A stretch of 52,201 nucleotides of DNA, counting the filler, from Catajapyx aquilonaris (taxonomy: Eukaryota), in NCBI GenBank assembly GCA_000934665.2. It is 2 parts of 2 records of this genome, joined end to end, with 100 filler letters (N's around TTAATTAATTAA, not from the genome) between each part and the next. Parts side by side here need not be neighbours in the genome. Positions count along the whole stretch, not along the records: positions 26,152 to 52,201 come from KZ539317.1; 1 more part is not named here. The stretch is one strand, 5' to 3'. The translations under genes and the position numbers were made by a program. Below are positions 40,511 to 52,201 of this stretch, piece by piece. How positions within the stretch are numbered: the first letter of the stretch is position 1; each line of letters opens with the position of its first letter. Under the pieces are notes generated by a model. It did not search any database. It saw nothing but the letters and a program-made list of their open reading frames with translations, and was not told the origin of the DNA.

Positions 40511-43500
40511 ATGTACGTGAAGGTACGTACCATCGACGGGAAGAGGACGACCTCGCTGACCGTCTCCAAGCTCACCACCATTGAGGATTTGAGAAGACTG
40601 GTGCAGAAGGAGATGGGCATTGAGCCCAAATCACAACGGCTTTTCTTCAAGGGGAAGCAGGTGAGGGAGGATGGAATGTGGGGATGTCGCATGGGGTAAA
40701 AAGGTATCCGGAGATTTCGCCCCGCAGTTTTTGCTCCCGGCATATTCGCCCCCATGACAATTTCGCCCGCGATACACATTATCCTCCGAGGCATTCTTCT
40801 GGGCTGCTCTACAGTCATGCCTCAGACTCGCATCATTTCTAGCCTGGCAACGGCGGAGGTGGGTGGTGATTGCGACTTGCTGTATCGTGCCGGTAGGTAG
40901 GGACATTCCCACTGACGCGAACCGCGGCAACATGAGGGATGGAGTTGCCCTTTGTCTTGGTGATGCTGTATGGCTTTGTTACCGCAACAATTCTGTCCAC
41001 TGTTGTGACCCCAGCAGGCACGGTTCGTCACTCTGCATGACCTAGCCTAACCTTCCTTCCTTGCGGATACAGACCTATCCTTTATCCTTGCCTTTGCGAC
41101 ACAGCCCACTGCCCCCACGACTACTACCCTCCCGCCTCCTGCACGCCAGTAAGGCCAACTCTATCCGTGATTTGTGAGGAGAGGACCAATCAAAACAAAT
41201 TGAGACTGACTTTTTATGTAACAAAGAGAATTTTGCGGTGAATGGCATCGTGTCCAGAATAGATTGAAGTATTAGAACACCAATTTTTGTTCAAATATTC
41301 CATGATCCCAGGCGACTGTCACACCGGAAGGAGACCTAGGTTCATATTTGCCTTTTCTCTGCCTCAGCGTCGAGGTTTCGCTGCCATTCGAAGACAACAG
41401 CAACAGAGGCGTATGACATGCTAAGAGATGGTGAAAATGTGTCCCACAGCATTGCAATGGTACAAGGCATACCGCAAGGGTGCGTAGTCCGCATTCAGAG
41501 AGACAGGTTTGCAGACTCCCATCGGAGTTTTGACAGAGGAGATCATTAAACACCACCTATGTAGTGATTGTCAGGGAAGATCGTTGATGACCTTGCCAGA
41601 ATGTGTGGTACATGCAGTGGTAGTGCCCACATGATTTCGCATGGACCATTTGCACATGTGATGAACCCGATGTGATGGGGCCCCAGACCGTTTACTCCAG
41701 AGGAGAGGCAAATGTGGGTGGAGGTTTGCGAAGAGTTGCAACATCTTGTGGCCTCACAATCTTGGCATGTCGTACACCTCTGTGGTTGTTTTATTCAAAC
41801 GGAAGCAAAACCTCAACGCTGAATTTTGGGTGTCACCACCGACTCAGAGCGGAGGCGAATGTGAACCTAGGTCTACTTCCGGTGTCACCATTGCCTGAGA
41901 TCACAGAATATTTGAACAAGAATCAGTGTTCTACTACTTCAATCCATACTGGACACGATGCCATTCACCACGAGGCATCAACAAATTCCCTTTGCCACAT
42001 AAAAAATCAGTTTGTTTTGACTGGCTGGCCCTCGTCTTTTAAACCTATTTTTAACTTTCTGATATATAGTTCTGTTTATAGTAAGTAAATATAAGTAAGG
42101 AAGTCCCCATAAAAGGGCCCTGCCCTCGAATGGGGTACAATAAATAAATAAAATAAATACAAGTAACAAAGGTGGGCATCAGCGCCGCAAATCAGCTAAT
42201 AGCTGACCTAACTTTTCGTTAGCTGATTAGCTGTTTTCTCTAACTTTTCAGGCCGCTAGCTGACTAATTAACTCCCACTAAATTAGTGCCGCACTGCAGC
42301 TAAATAAATTGAGCTAACAAAATTCATCCGTGTTCCTGTCTCGCTCTCTGTTACTTTTTAAGGTTGCATTGTTTCCACTCCAGGGAGGGATTAAAATCGA
42401 CCAGTTTTACAGGGCTAGGTGCCGGATTGTAAATTCTCTGTCTACCTGGCCAAAACTTATTTTCCCGTCACTTCGGTGCGCGGATTATATTATAGCTACC
42501 AGTTTTTTAATATAAATTTTGCCTTGCCTGCCTTTGTAGCTTCTGAGACGAATAAACTTTTTTCCTCTTTGGATTTGTTTATTACTTTTTGTACGGAATA
42601 GTAAATAACTAAATAAGGCATATGTGTAGCAATGCTCTCTAGGCTTTATCATCTTAGGTCTGTTTTTTAAGGGTCATAGAGCAAAAAAAAAAAATGAAGT
42701 TAGCTGTTAGCATTAGCTTTAACTAAATTTTATAGCCATTTAGCATTAGCTATTTAGCAAATACAATTTTTTATAGTTAGCTGATCAGCTGTTAGAGAAG
42801 CTGATTTTTCGGTTAGCTGTGCCCACCTTTGACAAGTAAGGAAGTAATAGGTTTATTCCATTATGGAGTGTCACGACTCCGTATTATGGAAGAGTCCATA
42901 CAAATTACATGCAAAAACATTCCCTTCATTGAAAAAAAAGAGAAGTAAGACCTCCGTAGCGGAATAAAAGTACTGAAACAAGGCAGGTGCATGAGACCTT
43001 CGCCAATTGATTTAAGCTGTGCCATAGCTCGTACTCAAGCAATCTTGAAGTACTGTATGGAATGGCTCGTAAAAATTTGCTCAGAGAAGTAAGCAGGGTT
43101 TTACTTTGGGAAAAAACAACAACAACTGAACTACACAGACTTAGAAATTTTTGCTCCTGAAAATGCAGAATCCAGTCGAAAAAGACCCTCGAAAATTCCC
43201 CAATTTACGTTGACATGTGAAAAATTAAACATTACTGTTAACCCTCAGACAGTGACGTGGGCACCTTTTGGGGACCAATGCCACTATTTTCGATATAACA
43301 TTGAAAATCTACCACATATGAGCTTCATCTTTTAGAACATCTTAGTTTGATTCATTTTGTAATTAATGGCATTTAGTTTGAATTTTTATAGTAAACTAGG
43401 AAAACCCTTGCTCCGCTCGCATTTTCCTAGGGTGCAGGCCTAGAAAACCACTCGCTTCGCTCACTCTTTTCTAGGCCTGCAGTCCTCGAATGGCCCGATT

Positions 43501-46500
43501 AGTGAGAAGTGAGAACATGTCTGTCCTGTGTCTGTCGTTCCATTACCGACTCTGTGAACAACTTCACAGTATAGTGCCAACTGGGCAACAATACAGAGAA
43601 GGAATGGACAGTTTCCCTGGCAACCCAACAGAGGAGGAGTTTACACCCCATTGCGCATGAATAGAACGCGGGCCAATGGGGAGGTGGCGGTAACAATATG
43701 CGGAGGACCAATCAGAGGGCTCGGCCAACTCCCGCAAGGATTTTAATATCATAGATAGGACGATCAGGAAAAAAATTATTATGTACCCATGTGTAGTTGA
43801 GGTCCTGATTTCCAGAGGGGGGACCTGAGCTTATCAGTACTGATAAGCTCAGGTCCCCCCTCTGGAAACCTTAGTGATTTATGAAGACAGCTCTGGTTTT
43901 GGGCATTCCAAAAGAAACCAGTTCCGCCTAGGTGACTGTGCATTATGGCCCCGAATACTCGTCACTGCATAATTGATTTTTTTTTACGATCGTACTAGCT
44001 GCTCAAAAAGTATAAACTAAATGCCATTCATCGCAGAAGGAATCAACTCAAGATTGTTTCAGAGATGAAGTCCACATGTGCTATATTTCCCACGTTATAA
44101 CAACAGATTGTGACTTCGTCACAAAAAGTGCCCACGTCACCGGAGGAAGAACTTCTTCCACGTCACCGTCCTAGGGTTAAAATCAGAATCTAAAAGAGGT
44201 GACGATTGTGCATAAATGTTTCATGGCAATAAATTTGCACCAATCATGTAAAAATTGAATATGCCTAATATTGAGGTTCCTAATTTAAGAAAACACGCTT
44301 ACATGGAGTGGCTCATGGAAAATTAATGTTTTCAGAAAGGAGACTTGATGAGCAGTAAATTTGAAATTGCTTGAGTAAGACCTATGGTACAGCTTAAATC
44401 AATTGGTGAAGATCTTACGTGCGCCTGCCTGGTTTCAGTACTTTCATTCCGCCACGGAGATCTTACTACCCTTTTTTTCACTGAAGGGAATGTTATTGCT
44501 CCTATTTCAGTTTTTTTTTTCTTCTTCTTCTTTTTTTTTTAACCCCGTGATACAACACTTGATCATTATAGGGGGGTGGCAGACCACCATACAGTTTTCT
44601 TGGTATTTATCTTCGGACTCCGGTGCAAGGAATACTAGGAAATGGGGTAAGGGTTGGGGGGTTTGGGGAGGGGACATAATTATGTGTGCAGGTGCATTGT
44701 CCAGCTGTGGGCCAGGTGCAGTCCCCCAGGAGGTCAGGTTGCCAAGACGCCTCCTTAGGCGAGGGTCACGACCCAATGACGCAAGCGAAAGGTTTGTTCC
44801 CGGGTGGGGATTTGAACCCGGGACCTTTCGCATAGCAAGCCGAGACGTTACCATCTCGGCCACCGTGCCTCCCCCGATATTTCAGTTCTTTTTAAAACAA
44901 CCATTTACTACCAGCTACACTGCCATCCCCTAGATTTTCGCTCACACATACTCTGAAGACTTGGACAAGATATTTTGCTTAATAACATCTATAGTGCTAT
45001 AAGTATCATACTTACACGTTCATGCTCTACAGCACTACAGCTCTACACTATGAAGGTGATGGGGATGATTTCATTCACCTACAAGTCCTGAAAGTGATTT
45101 TCATAAAGATCGCCGTAAAAAAAATCACAATTCGAGTGCTGCCAGCTACCTGTTAGTCTAATTGAATTATGAAATAGCGTATGGTAAAATATAAGGAATA
45201 TCTACCTTGAGAACCATACCAGATGAATTGGCTGAAATCGTGGTACTTTGCGAGAATTAAATCAATATTTTCTGCGGCTTGCCTCCGTCACATCTGAAAA
45301 CTCCCAAACTTTTTTCATTGCCGCGAAATGCGATGCTTTCAGCAAATTGGTTGATTTCGGCAAATTCGTCCAGAGGCACTTCTTTCAAGGTAGATATTCC
45401 GCATATAGGCCGATGTTAAGCCCCACTGAAGTTTTTTAGTACAGTAAAACCTCGATATAATGCTCTTCAAGGGACAGCCCAAAAGTAGCTTTATAAGCGG
45501 GATAGCATTATACAGTGTGTGGGAAATTCGATTTAATTTATTCTTTTCTTAGGAAATGAATGCCTTCATTGAGTGCGTTTACATGGGACTAAAAATCGGC
45601 CTAGCCTATGCTAGGCGAACCGGTTTACTCCCATGTAGCCGCTGGGCCTACGATAGACCGGCCTTATCTGATCCGTTGTCGGGCGCAGCCCAAGCCTTTT
45701 GGATCAGGTGGTCTACCTAAGGCGATGGCCTTGCTTAGGAAGCCTGGGTCAGGCCGATTTTTAGTCCCATGTAAACGTACTCATTGTTGCTATTGTAGAT
45801 TGAAGCCTATTAACCACGTTAACTTGAACTGATGTGCCCATGTACCCCCGCAAGCATAAAGATGGAGACGGCAGGCCCTTTTTTGACCTTTCTTTATCCG
45901 ACTCAAATTAATGAACTCTTTTTGGACCGAGTTAGCTGCATCAGGCATGTGTTCGTGTATTTATGACAGTATATTTGTTACCGTAATAGCTGCAATTGGC
46001 AGAGCAGCCTGCCGAAGGTGAGGGCCTGCCGTCTCCATCTTTATGCTCGCGGGTGTACCACTTACAGTAGGCCTACAGTCTTTCCCAGAAGTTTAGGCCC
46101 CATTGAGAAGTTTTTCATTTCTCAAGCTTAAACTTACGGGAAAAATTAAAAGTGTAAGGTACAGTTGAAAGCGTCTTCAAAAGAGCCATAAAACAAAAGG
46201 AACGGTCATCCTAGGTATTTTCATTGTTTTGTCTTTTAAAAATATCGACAAAACCTTGCATTTTCAACTATAAATATTAATTAATAAAGGTGCCCGTCAC
46301 TTTTGACATGTGGTTTTTTTCATGACAGGAAATAAACACCGAACAAGGGAAATGCTCACAAAATGTTGAAATAAGCTGTAGTGGGATTAGAATTTTTTCC
46401 ATTTCCGTCACTTTTGTCCCCATACAAGGGCCCCTGAATTATTCTTCAATGAGTTTTAGAAAAATTGGAGGAAACCCGCAACCCCATAATGTGTCTATAT

Positions 46501-49474
46501 AACCTGTATTCCAGAAGTGTGTGTGTGTGGGGGNNGAGTGGGGGGGGAGAGCTGTTAATTGAAAAATTTTAACCTATCAAGGTGTACACCTTTCAAATCA
46601 TGGTACACATGAAGCAGTAGTGGTGGAGTGGATGTGGTGTCCGACTGCTAATCAGGAGGTCCTGGGTTCGAATCCTGGAGGCCGGCGATCCTGACCTTGG
46701 TTTTCTGTGGTTTCCAAAGGTCGCCCTGGCAGGAAAGATTCTGGGATTGTACCGTAAAATAGGCCACAGCCGCTTCCTTCCTTTCCCTGCCCTGGAGGAG
46801 GTGCGGTGTCAGTGGGGAATTTCTGACTCGCATCTTGGCGAACGGCCCCCTGAGGGACTGCACACGACCCCCAACTTGATGACATTGCACATGCACCAGT
46901 GTCCCCTCCTCATTATCCCTACCCTGTCCTCTGCACTGATGATGGTAATTCACTCCCCTAAAAGGGCCTAGGGGTCGTCCATGAATTACATGGACAGGAA
47001 GGGGGGGGGGGGGGGNNNNNNNNNNNNNNNNNNNNNNNNNNNNNNNNNNNNNNNNNNNNNNNNNNNNNNNNNNNNNNNNNNNNNNNNNNNNNNNNNNNNN
47101 NNNNNNNNNNNNNNNNNNNNNNNNNNNNNNNNNNNNNNNNNNNNNNNNNNNNNNNNNNNNNNNNNNNNNNGGGGAAGGGGGGGGGGGGTAGAAAATGGTG
47201 GGAAAAGTGTCCACGTAATTTATGGACGGCCCCTAGGGCTCTAGCATGGGGTAGAACTAACTTTATGCACTCATGCTCAAGGGATTAATGATTTGAAGGT
47301 GCTGATCACGAATATGACAATGAAAACCCAAAATTGGCTATGATTCCTGAGAGATCTGCAATAGTGTCTAGTAATACGTACACCCGTGAGCATAAAGTTG
47401 GGAACAGCTTCGGTAGGCTGCTTTGCCAATCTCAACTATTATGGCATCAAATACAGTAAAACTTCTGTAAGTCGAATCTCCATGGGACCGGGAAAAAACT
47501 TCGAGTTATAGAAGATTCGAGTTAGAGAAGTTTGGATTTTTTAAAGCACAGAACTCTATAAGGATGCCTACCTTTATATCCAGCGACAAAAGGTGTTAAA
47601 AACTTAAAAATAACTGTCACTATCACACTTACAATGTTCCTCGTTGTTTTGTTGCAAAAGAAATCTCTGTTATGTACATTTGCCTACTCTTAGATTCAAG
47701 GATTCAATTGTCACTATCGAGTCAAACACTTCTTTCGGTACGTCTGGTAGACGGAGGTCAGGAAATCAAGCCATTCTGTACATGTGGCCTACTCTAGACC
47801 CGTCGGCTGGGAAATGAGAAAATTTTTCATACTCGCCAACATGAACTTCGACTTAGGGAGACTGAAAATGCATTGACATCATATCATAAGGCCCTCCCTG
47901 TAATTCGAGTTATGGAGAACTTCGAGTTAGGGAAGTTTATTTCCTATTCTTTTACATTGTGGCCAACCAAGCTCATAATATATTTTCTTCAAATTATAGA
48001 GAAGTTCGACTTATAGACGTTTTACTGTACACTCGCCTGAAGCAGCTAACTCAGTCCAAAAAGAGTCCATTAATTTGAGTCGGATAAAGAAAGGTCAGAG
48101 AAGGCCCTCAGGGTTTACAACTTTATGCTCGCGACTGTACATATAATAATATAATGTAATATGGCTTGTACCAGTAAAGGTCTGCTTATACTGCCGATAT
48201 TGCCGACTAAAGTAGTCATTTAATGATTTGAAGGTTCCTACAATAATAAATAATAAAATTCACCACCTTGGGTGCCTAGGTCAATGTCTCAAAAGCCGTT
48301 TTACATTCATGCACTATAAGATACTGTTTTTTACTCATTTTTGACGCTTCCCCCCTTCCTCTTCCCTGAAAAGTGCACTTATATTTCATAATTCATAATT
48401 TGCCAGCTTTACCATTGTTTTCCCCATGCAAAGAAACCTTTATGCACCAAAAACCTCGCCGGTATCACTTATAAAATACAGCTTCCTCAGAACCTTGCAA
48501 AATGGGTCAATTTGTGACCTTTTGAACACCGTATCTCATGAATTCTTTAGAGCCAGGGTTTTTCTGGAAAGGTGCTTTTTTCTAGCATATAAAAAACCCA
48601 GAAAAACACATTTTGAACTTGAACTTCGCATAGAAATTCGCGATGTTCCCTTGTATGTCGTATATACATGGCCATATATGACCACCTCTGTATCTCATAA
48701 ACTAGAGCCAATCGACAAATTTCATTGTCATTTTCGTATTCAGCACCTCGAAATTAGTCGAGATTTGCTATTTCCATTAGAGAAGTTTGTTCTTGTTGCC
48801 CAGTGATTTCAATTGGATGAATAGGAGTGGGAATAAGTGGAGCCAGGCAGTGCTTGATTAAACAAGGAACCTCCTTGTCGGCCTCTGGTACCATGTCGCT
48901 GACGTTGAAGAAAATGCATTGGTCGTGACGAAGTTGTTCATGGGCAATGGGGGTTGCTTGTTGACTATTTTCAGTCCCGTCAGCTGTGCCTTGAAGGGTT
49001 TTCGATGCTTGTGGGTCATCCTGAGGAGATAGAAGCCTCTTTTGAGTCGCAGGGGTTGGAATTTGATTGTTTAATGGTTTCCAGGGGCGTAGGAAACAGG
49101 TTCGATGCTTTCGTCAGTTTAGGTAGAGCTTATCCAACTTCAGATGCGCAATATGTGGTCTCTCTCAGAAACGGTATCAGCATTCTTCTCTGACGCGTAC
49201 GGGTGGAAAAGTCCTCCGATATCTTGCAAGTTGATTCCTTCAAGTTGCCTGCATTGCGAAATACTTGCTCCCGATCAGCATAGAAGGAGAACTTGGCAAT
49301 CATGGGTCGGAGCCCCGGCTTGGATCCCAGGTGGTGTGTTCATTCGAGGTGAACATTCTCTGAGTCTGCGTGTAGATGACAGTCCCCAAGTAGCTTGCGG
49401 AAGATACTAGCATCTAACTCATCCTCGAGGGTCTGAATATGTGTAGACAGTACCTTGTTTTGGACCAATATTAT

Positions 49475-49547
<73 letters not shown>

Positions 49548-51661
49548 GGCTTGGTTGAGTGTGTTAATGTAGCTAACATGCATCTGCATATGAAATTGCA
49601 AACAATGCATAGTCAAAAAAATTATAGAAGTGGTGGAGTACAGGGGTAAACTAATAATTTTCGTGATACTTTTGCAGTTCGAAGATGGCTACAAACTGTT
49701 TGATTATGGAGTCAATCTCAATGATGTGGTTCAGGTTATGATTCAACAGAAAATTGAGCAACGGGAGGAAAAGGCAGAGAAGCTTGAGAAAATAGGAACA
49801 GATAAGGAGAATAAGGTGAGGAATGCAGAGGTACAACTTAATGTGAAACTTGTTAGGCCACGTTTACATAGGAGCGATGGAAGCAGTGCTTTGGGCCAAA
49901 AGTATCTATTGCTTTTTGGAAGGGAAGGGCGTTGCTGATGATATTGTGACGTTGCTCTGTTGCCAACGTTGCCAAGAGATATCGCTCAGGTCTGTTTGAA
50001 ATGGACAGTGGCAAGCTCACATCACTGCAACATGTCCATGACATCATAGACAAGCCAAACAATGAGGCAGCAGCACACCGTAAAGTATTCATGCGGCTCA
50101 TAGTTACAGGAAGGCACCCAACTATTTACGCAGGTGTTTGCATTCAATTCAACAAGAAAACCAAGACTGAAACACACACATGCATAACCTGATTGTCTTT
50201 TGTCTCCTTCCCATCAGAGGAGATTCCTGGAGCAGTGCAAATCACTGACTTTGTAAATGCGCAAGCAATATAAGCGTAATAGTTTTTGTGAGGGAGACGG
50301 AGTGGCGCCGCGGTAACGCGTGCTCTCACGGAAGTTAAGGTCCCGGGCTCAATCCCCACCCGGGGTTCCCACCTTCTTTCGTGCAGAGTTGGGCCATCTC
50401 TGGCTTCGTTTCGGGTGGCAATTTCCGATAGACTAAGCCACCCGGGGGAGTTCACAAAATGACCAATTAACGACAGCGCACTTGCACATTGCACATCCCA
50501 AAATGCAAACCCAAAATGGTGGTAATCCACCCCCCTAGAAATGACCTATCGGCCAGATAACGGGGTACAACTAAATAAAAAATAAAAAAAGTTTTTGTGT
50601 TGACATGAGAACTACTACAACTCTCATTCCTCAGAGATGCTCATCACTGATCAATTCGCTCACATGTAAACGCAGCCTTGATATGGCAGAGGTCTAAACT
50701 ATAGTGCAAACCAAACCTCGCAATGTACCTGTCATTTTTGATCAAGTTGTTTATTGCGACATTCTTAAATAGGATGAGGATATTGATTCAGAAGATGAAG
50801 AATCAGGAGAAGACTGCGATAGCGAGTATTATAAGACTGGTGATCAGGTGAACTGCAGGGATCCCGAATTGGGAGCCTGGTTTGAAGGCGTGGTGGTTCG
50901 AATCAAGAAGAACCCAAAGGGTGCGATTTTGCCTCAGCGTCAGGGTCTCAACAAGGACCTTAAGGATGGATGCATCTATTACACCAAATTTGCTGCGTAA
51001 GTTATGCAAACCTCGGCTCTAAATCTAGATTTTCCTTGCTGAGGTGTATTTATTCAGTCAACCAACTTTTCAATAATATATGTTAAAATCAAGATTTCTG
51101 GCAGTTGGAGCATGTCGCTCATCCTCACATATAATTTTTCAGATGTGAAGGTGACAACTACCATCTCCTCCTCCCAGATGTCCGTCCTCGCCCCTGCCAA
51201 ATGGCCACCTTAGATAAGCTGAAGCCAGGAAGCTTAATTTTGGCCAACTACAATGTGGTAGAGCCCGAAGAGTGGGGCTTCTGGTATGAGTGCCTTGTTA
51301 CCTCTGTGACCAACACTCGCACCAAGAAGGAGCTAGTCGTCACTGTGTATGCTGGCCCTGGCAATGTGCCCATGGAAGGATGCAAGATAAAATCATTGAC
51401 GGAGGTCTTGTGGGTTGAGCCCACGTTAAAACGAAGTGAGGGGAGCAGTATCGAAGCCCCTGCTGTGTCCAGGAGGCCAAGTGCCCCTAAGTGCAAAGCC
51501 TGCAAGGATGTTCGTGGCAAGAAGTGCAGGGAGTGTGGTTGTAAGATGTGCCAAGGAAAGCAAGATGAAGGGAAGCAATTGATTTGTGATGAGTGTAATG
51601 AGCCATACCATATTTACTGCTTGACCCCACCACTAGAGGAAGTACCTGATGACGATGAATG
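40511..51661 (+). CDS. UHRF1: E3 ubiquitin ligase UHRF1 (partial: UBL, tandem Tudor, PHD; continues beyond window)
   Basis: Exons 40511-40660, 49678-49815, 50773-50996, 51143-51661, phase-consistent. UBL MYVKVRTIDG...SKLTTIEDLR...QRLFFKGKQ|FEDGYKLFDYGVNLNDVVQ; Tudor YKTGDQVNCRDPELGAWFEG and ANYNVVEPEEWGFWYEC; PHD CKACKD...CRECGCKMCQGK...QLICDECNEPYHIYCLTPPLEEVPDDDEW. Confidence 0.95.
41178..42033. mobile_element. Foldback/MITE with ~250-bp imperfect inverted arms
   Basis: ccaatcaaaacaaa...tttttatgt...ggtgaatggcatcgtgtccag...cacaccggaaggagacctaggttca is mirrored by tgaacctaggtctacttccggtgt...ctggacacgatgccattcacc...acataaaaa...tttgttttgactgg. Confidence 0.75.
42167..42831. mobile_element. Non-autonomous hAT-like element (665 bp)
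   Basis: TIR CAAAGGTGGGCA/TGCCCACCTTTG; perfect 8-bp TSD ACAAGTAA; subterminal (T)TAGCT repeats at both ends. Confidence 0.88.
43242..44176. mobile_element. Non-autonomous piggyBac-like element (935 bp, probably with nested inserts)
   Basis: TTAA|CCCTCAGACAGTGACGTGG ... CCACGTCACCGTCCTAGGG|TTAA, with an internal subterminal repeat GTGCCCACGTCAC. Confidence 0.82.
44513..44877 (-). mobile_element. tRNA(Ala-like)-derived SINE, family A copy 2
   Basis: Same head and body as 26387-26727; A/GAA tail; TSD TATTTCAGTT (44503-44512 / 44878-44887). Confidence 0.9.
45571..45782. mobile_element. Harbinger-like MITE (212 bp)
   Basis: TIR GAGTRCGTTTACATGGGACTAAAAATCGGCCT; flanked by ATT on both sides; lies just inside a TA|CAGTAAAACCTCG pogo-like end starting at 45442. 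Confidence 0.75.
45845..46055. mobile_element. ~212-bp TA-flanked MITE, copy 2
   Basis: Near-identical to 14412-14623. Confidence 0.9.
46611..47262 (+). mobile_element. tRNA(Ser-like)-derived SINE, family D, interrupted in its tail by a MITE
   Basis: Head TGGTGGAGTGG...GACTGCTAATC...GGTTCGAATCC; core ggttttctgtggtttcc...ctgggattgtacc...aggccacagccgcttccttcc; 3' body shared with family A; tail continues gggctctagcatgggg after the MITE. Confidence 0.8.
46971..47233. mobile_element. GGGG-terminus MITE with G-rich interior (spans an assembly gap)
   Basis: TIR GGGGTCGTCCATGAATTACATGGAC / GTCCACGTAATTTATGGACGGCCCC; TA duplication. Confidence 0.8.
47381..48137. mobile_element. Third (inverted, diverged) copy of the 212-bp MITE, split by a nested element
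   Basis: cacccgtgagcataaag...gccaatctca...atcaaata [insert] cactcgcctgaagcagctaactc...tcggataaagaaaggtca...ctttatgctcgcg. Confidence 0.8.
47454..48027. mobile_element. pogo/Tigger-like MITE (574 bp)
   Basis: TA|CAGTAAAACTTCTGTAAGTCGAA ... TTCGACTTATAGACGTTTTACTG|TA; internal TTCGAGTTA repeats. Confidence 0.85.
48300..48805. mobile_element. DNA-transposon end, CMC/Chapaev- or Transib-like
   Basis: Ends ...GTTCTTGTTGCCCAGTG with subterminal gtcattttcgtattcagcacc; other end not identified. Confidence 0.4.
48840..49470 (-). pseudogene. LINE ORF1 (L1/Transposase_22-like) relic
   Basis: Minus strand ENVHLE*THHLGSKPGLRPMIAKFSFYADREQVFRNAGNLKESTCKISEDFSTRTRQRRMLIPFLR matches the IERAHR-RPIIAKF-ISEDF signature of LINE ORF1; contains internal stops. 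Boundaries approximate. Confidence 0.78.
49477..49547. repeat. (TTA)n microsatellite
   Basis: Pure trinucleotide run. Confidence 0.95.
50291..50589 (+). mobile_element. tRNA-derived SINE, family B copy 2
   Basis: Highly similar to 27775-28117; A-rich tail; TSD AGTTTTTGTG (50281-50290 / 50590-50599). Confidence 0.9.
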
Positions 51662-51874
51662 GTGAGTAGGACTTTGCCGGATCTGGTTTTTGTTTTGTGA
51701 AACAGCTTTTGACGTGAGAGCCGCATGATGGAATCAATGAGAAAAGGGAAAGCAAGAATAATTTTTAAAATTCACGGATATACAGGGTGTTTCAGAGTCA
51801 CGGATCAAGCGCGCAGGAGGGGGTGGGGAAAAATCGTAGGTGGCGACTACCCGGGTCGGTTTTATAAAACAATT

Positions 51875-52082
51875 AGAAATATGGCAGTAATCAATTTATT
51901 TATTACGGCTGTATGGCGTGACGTCACATCCTACTTTTTGTTCGAACTGAGTGGCGCGGAGTGGCAAATGCAACAATGAGAAATACGGCAGTAATCAATT
52001 GATTTATTACGGCCGTACGGCGTGACGTCGCGTCACATCCTACTTTCTGTTCGAAGTGCCTGGCGTGGAGTGGCAAATGCAA
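51875..52082 (+). repeat. Two-unit ~104-bp tandem repeat, probably inside a CAGGGTG-terminus element starting at 51783
   Basis: agaaataYggcagtaatcaatt...tattacggc...ggcgtgacgtc...acatcctacttt...ggagtggcaaatgcaa occurs twice. Confidence 0.8.
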
Positions 52083-52201
52083 GGCAAATGGATTGGGTGG
52101 AACCTGCATGAACGGGTTTTTAGCCTTGCAGGTTGCACTAAAAATGGTGCTCTCATGCTACACCGGCAGGGTACTGTACATCGTAGTGTACTACTGTACA
52201 G

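Overview
Eukaryotic (invertebrate, probably arthropod-like) genomic DNA with spliceosomal introns and two assembly gaps. Four conserved genes can be reconstructed exon by exon. (1) A ZNF236-like multi-C2H2 zinc-finger gene (minus, 11 coding exons, ~1838 aa, ~27 fingers, one probable GC-AG intron). (2) Mitochondrial methionyl-tRNA formyltransferase MTFMT (minus, 5 exons, ~365 aa). (3) Ribosomal protein RPL23/uL14 (plus, 5 exons, 140 aa), head-to-head with MTFMT. (4) The 5' part of UHRF1 (UBL, tandem Tudor, PHD), which continues past the window. Between ZNF236 and MTFMT lie two unrecognised ORFs: a Lys/Cys-rich protein of >640 aa and a frameshifted coiled-coil ORF. A small spliced candidate gene sits near the left end. 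Introns and intergenic DNA are dense in mobile elements. These include an internally deleted Merlin-type transposon in RPL23 intron 1 carrying a nested foldback element and a V-domain SINE, a decayed hAT transposase, a LINE ORF1 relic, and many MITEs (Harbinger-, piggyBac-, hAT- and Tc1/pogo-like). Several tRNA-derived SINE families share body and tail modules under different heads. I found no clearly novel multi-gene system. The best leads are the Merlin nest, the modular SINE set and the orphan ORFs. All family assignments come from motif recognition by eye; no database searches were run.
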